A DNA stretch of 64,000 nt from contig CM052816.1 in assembly GCA_028534125.1 (NCBI GenBank), positions 17,858,001-17,922,000 on the forward strand, given 5' to 3'. Numbering within the stretch: the first letter of the stretch is position 1; the number at the start of each line of letters is the position of its first letter. Source of the stretch: Lama glama (taxonomy: Eukaryota). The position numbers were made by a program, and so were the translations under genes. Positions 63,411 through 64,000 of this stretch are shown here, piece after piece. The notes beneath the pieces are model-generated. The model saw nothing but the letters and a program-made list of their open reading frames with translations. It made no database searches and had not been told where the DNA came from.

Positions 63411-64000
63411 ATCTGAGTGTTGTGTTTGTTCGTCTGCACGTGCACTCACAGGCCGTGTCCACGCCTGCTCTCTGGGGAACAGCATGGGCAGATAAAGGGG
63501 AGCCCCAGTGCAGGGTCCTCTGTTAAGGCTTCCGTACATGGTGGGGAGCGCCCTGCCGGAGGCCCAGCGTGTCCTGACCCCTCGGCACACCCGGGCCCTG
63601 TGCTTGCTCGGCCTAGAACCATATCACCTGGCCCTCTTTGGGCTGCCTTCTCCTGTCTCAGGCCCTGACTTGTTACTCAGTCCTCACCCATCAGGTTACT
63701 ATTGTCACCCTGTTGACAACCTTAAGCTTTTATTTCTTATTCCTCCCTCCCCAGCTCCTCAGTTATTCTCCAGTTCTCTTGGGAAAGGAAAAAAACCCCT
63801 CCTTTACAGGAATTCTGAGTTCTCTTTCCCCATTCATGGATTGACACACAGATGCTTGTCAAACATCAGGAAGCGCCCAAATTGGAAGAGGAATTGCTTC
63901 CTTTCCACCTTTATCCACATTCAGGCTAGTATATCTATGACTTAATTATACTCTGAGTGAGTAATTTCACCACCAACTGAGGTAGAAACGATGTTATGAA

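Noticed and set aside
1..64000. A novel prokaryote-style system (operon, CRISPR array, defence island, retron)
   Set aside because: The sequence is mammalian with spliceosomal introns. There is no repeat-spacer array or gene-dense block, and the only RT and nuclease motifs belong to decayed L1.

Overview
Mammalian genomic DNA, not prokaryotic. It is probably a camelid or related cetartiodactyl; this is inferred from the L1 3'UTR type, a tRNA-Ala-derived SINE-like head, and no recognisable Alu, Bov-B/Bov-tA or PRE1 elements. The window holds the 3' end of SPOCK1 (testican-1) on the + strand. Its last five coding exons are 46174-46290, 49705-49926, 52996-53058, 59380-59517 and 59922-60112, all bounded by AG/GT and splicing into one open frame (EC calcium-binding domain, thyroglobulin type-1 domain, acidic Ser-Gly tail ending GYIW*). 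A ~3.3 kb 3'UTR follows, with AATAAA at 63387. Positions 1-46173 belong to one very long intron packed with transposon relics: a ~6.3 kb antisense L1, 5'-truncated L1s, MLT1/MLT2 LTRs, MER3/MER20/MER47-type DNA transposons, MIR and L2. A 500-N assembly gap (57784-58283) lies inside a young L1 nested in an older L1. Nearly all ORFs in the supplied track are chance ORFs or decayed L1 frames. I found no new protein-coding system. The most notable non-genic structures are a TSD-flanked double-poly(A) micro-insertion (candidate orphan 3' transduction), an inverted-L2 hairpin resembling L2-derived miRNA precursors, and an old diverged local duplication. Repeat family names and comparisons with human or mouse come from recall, not from database searches.
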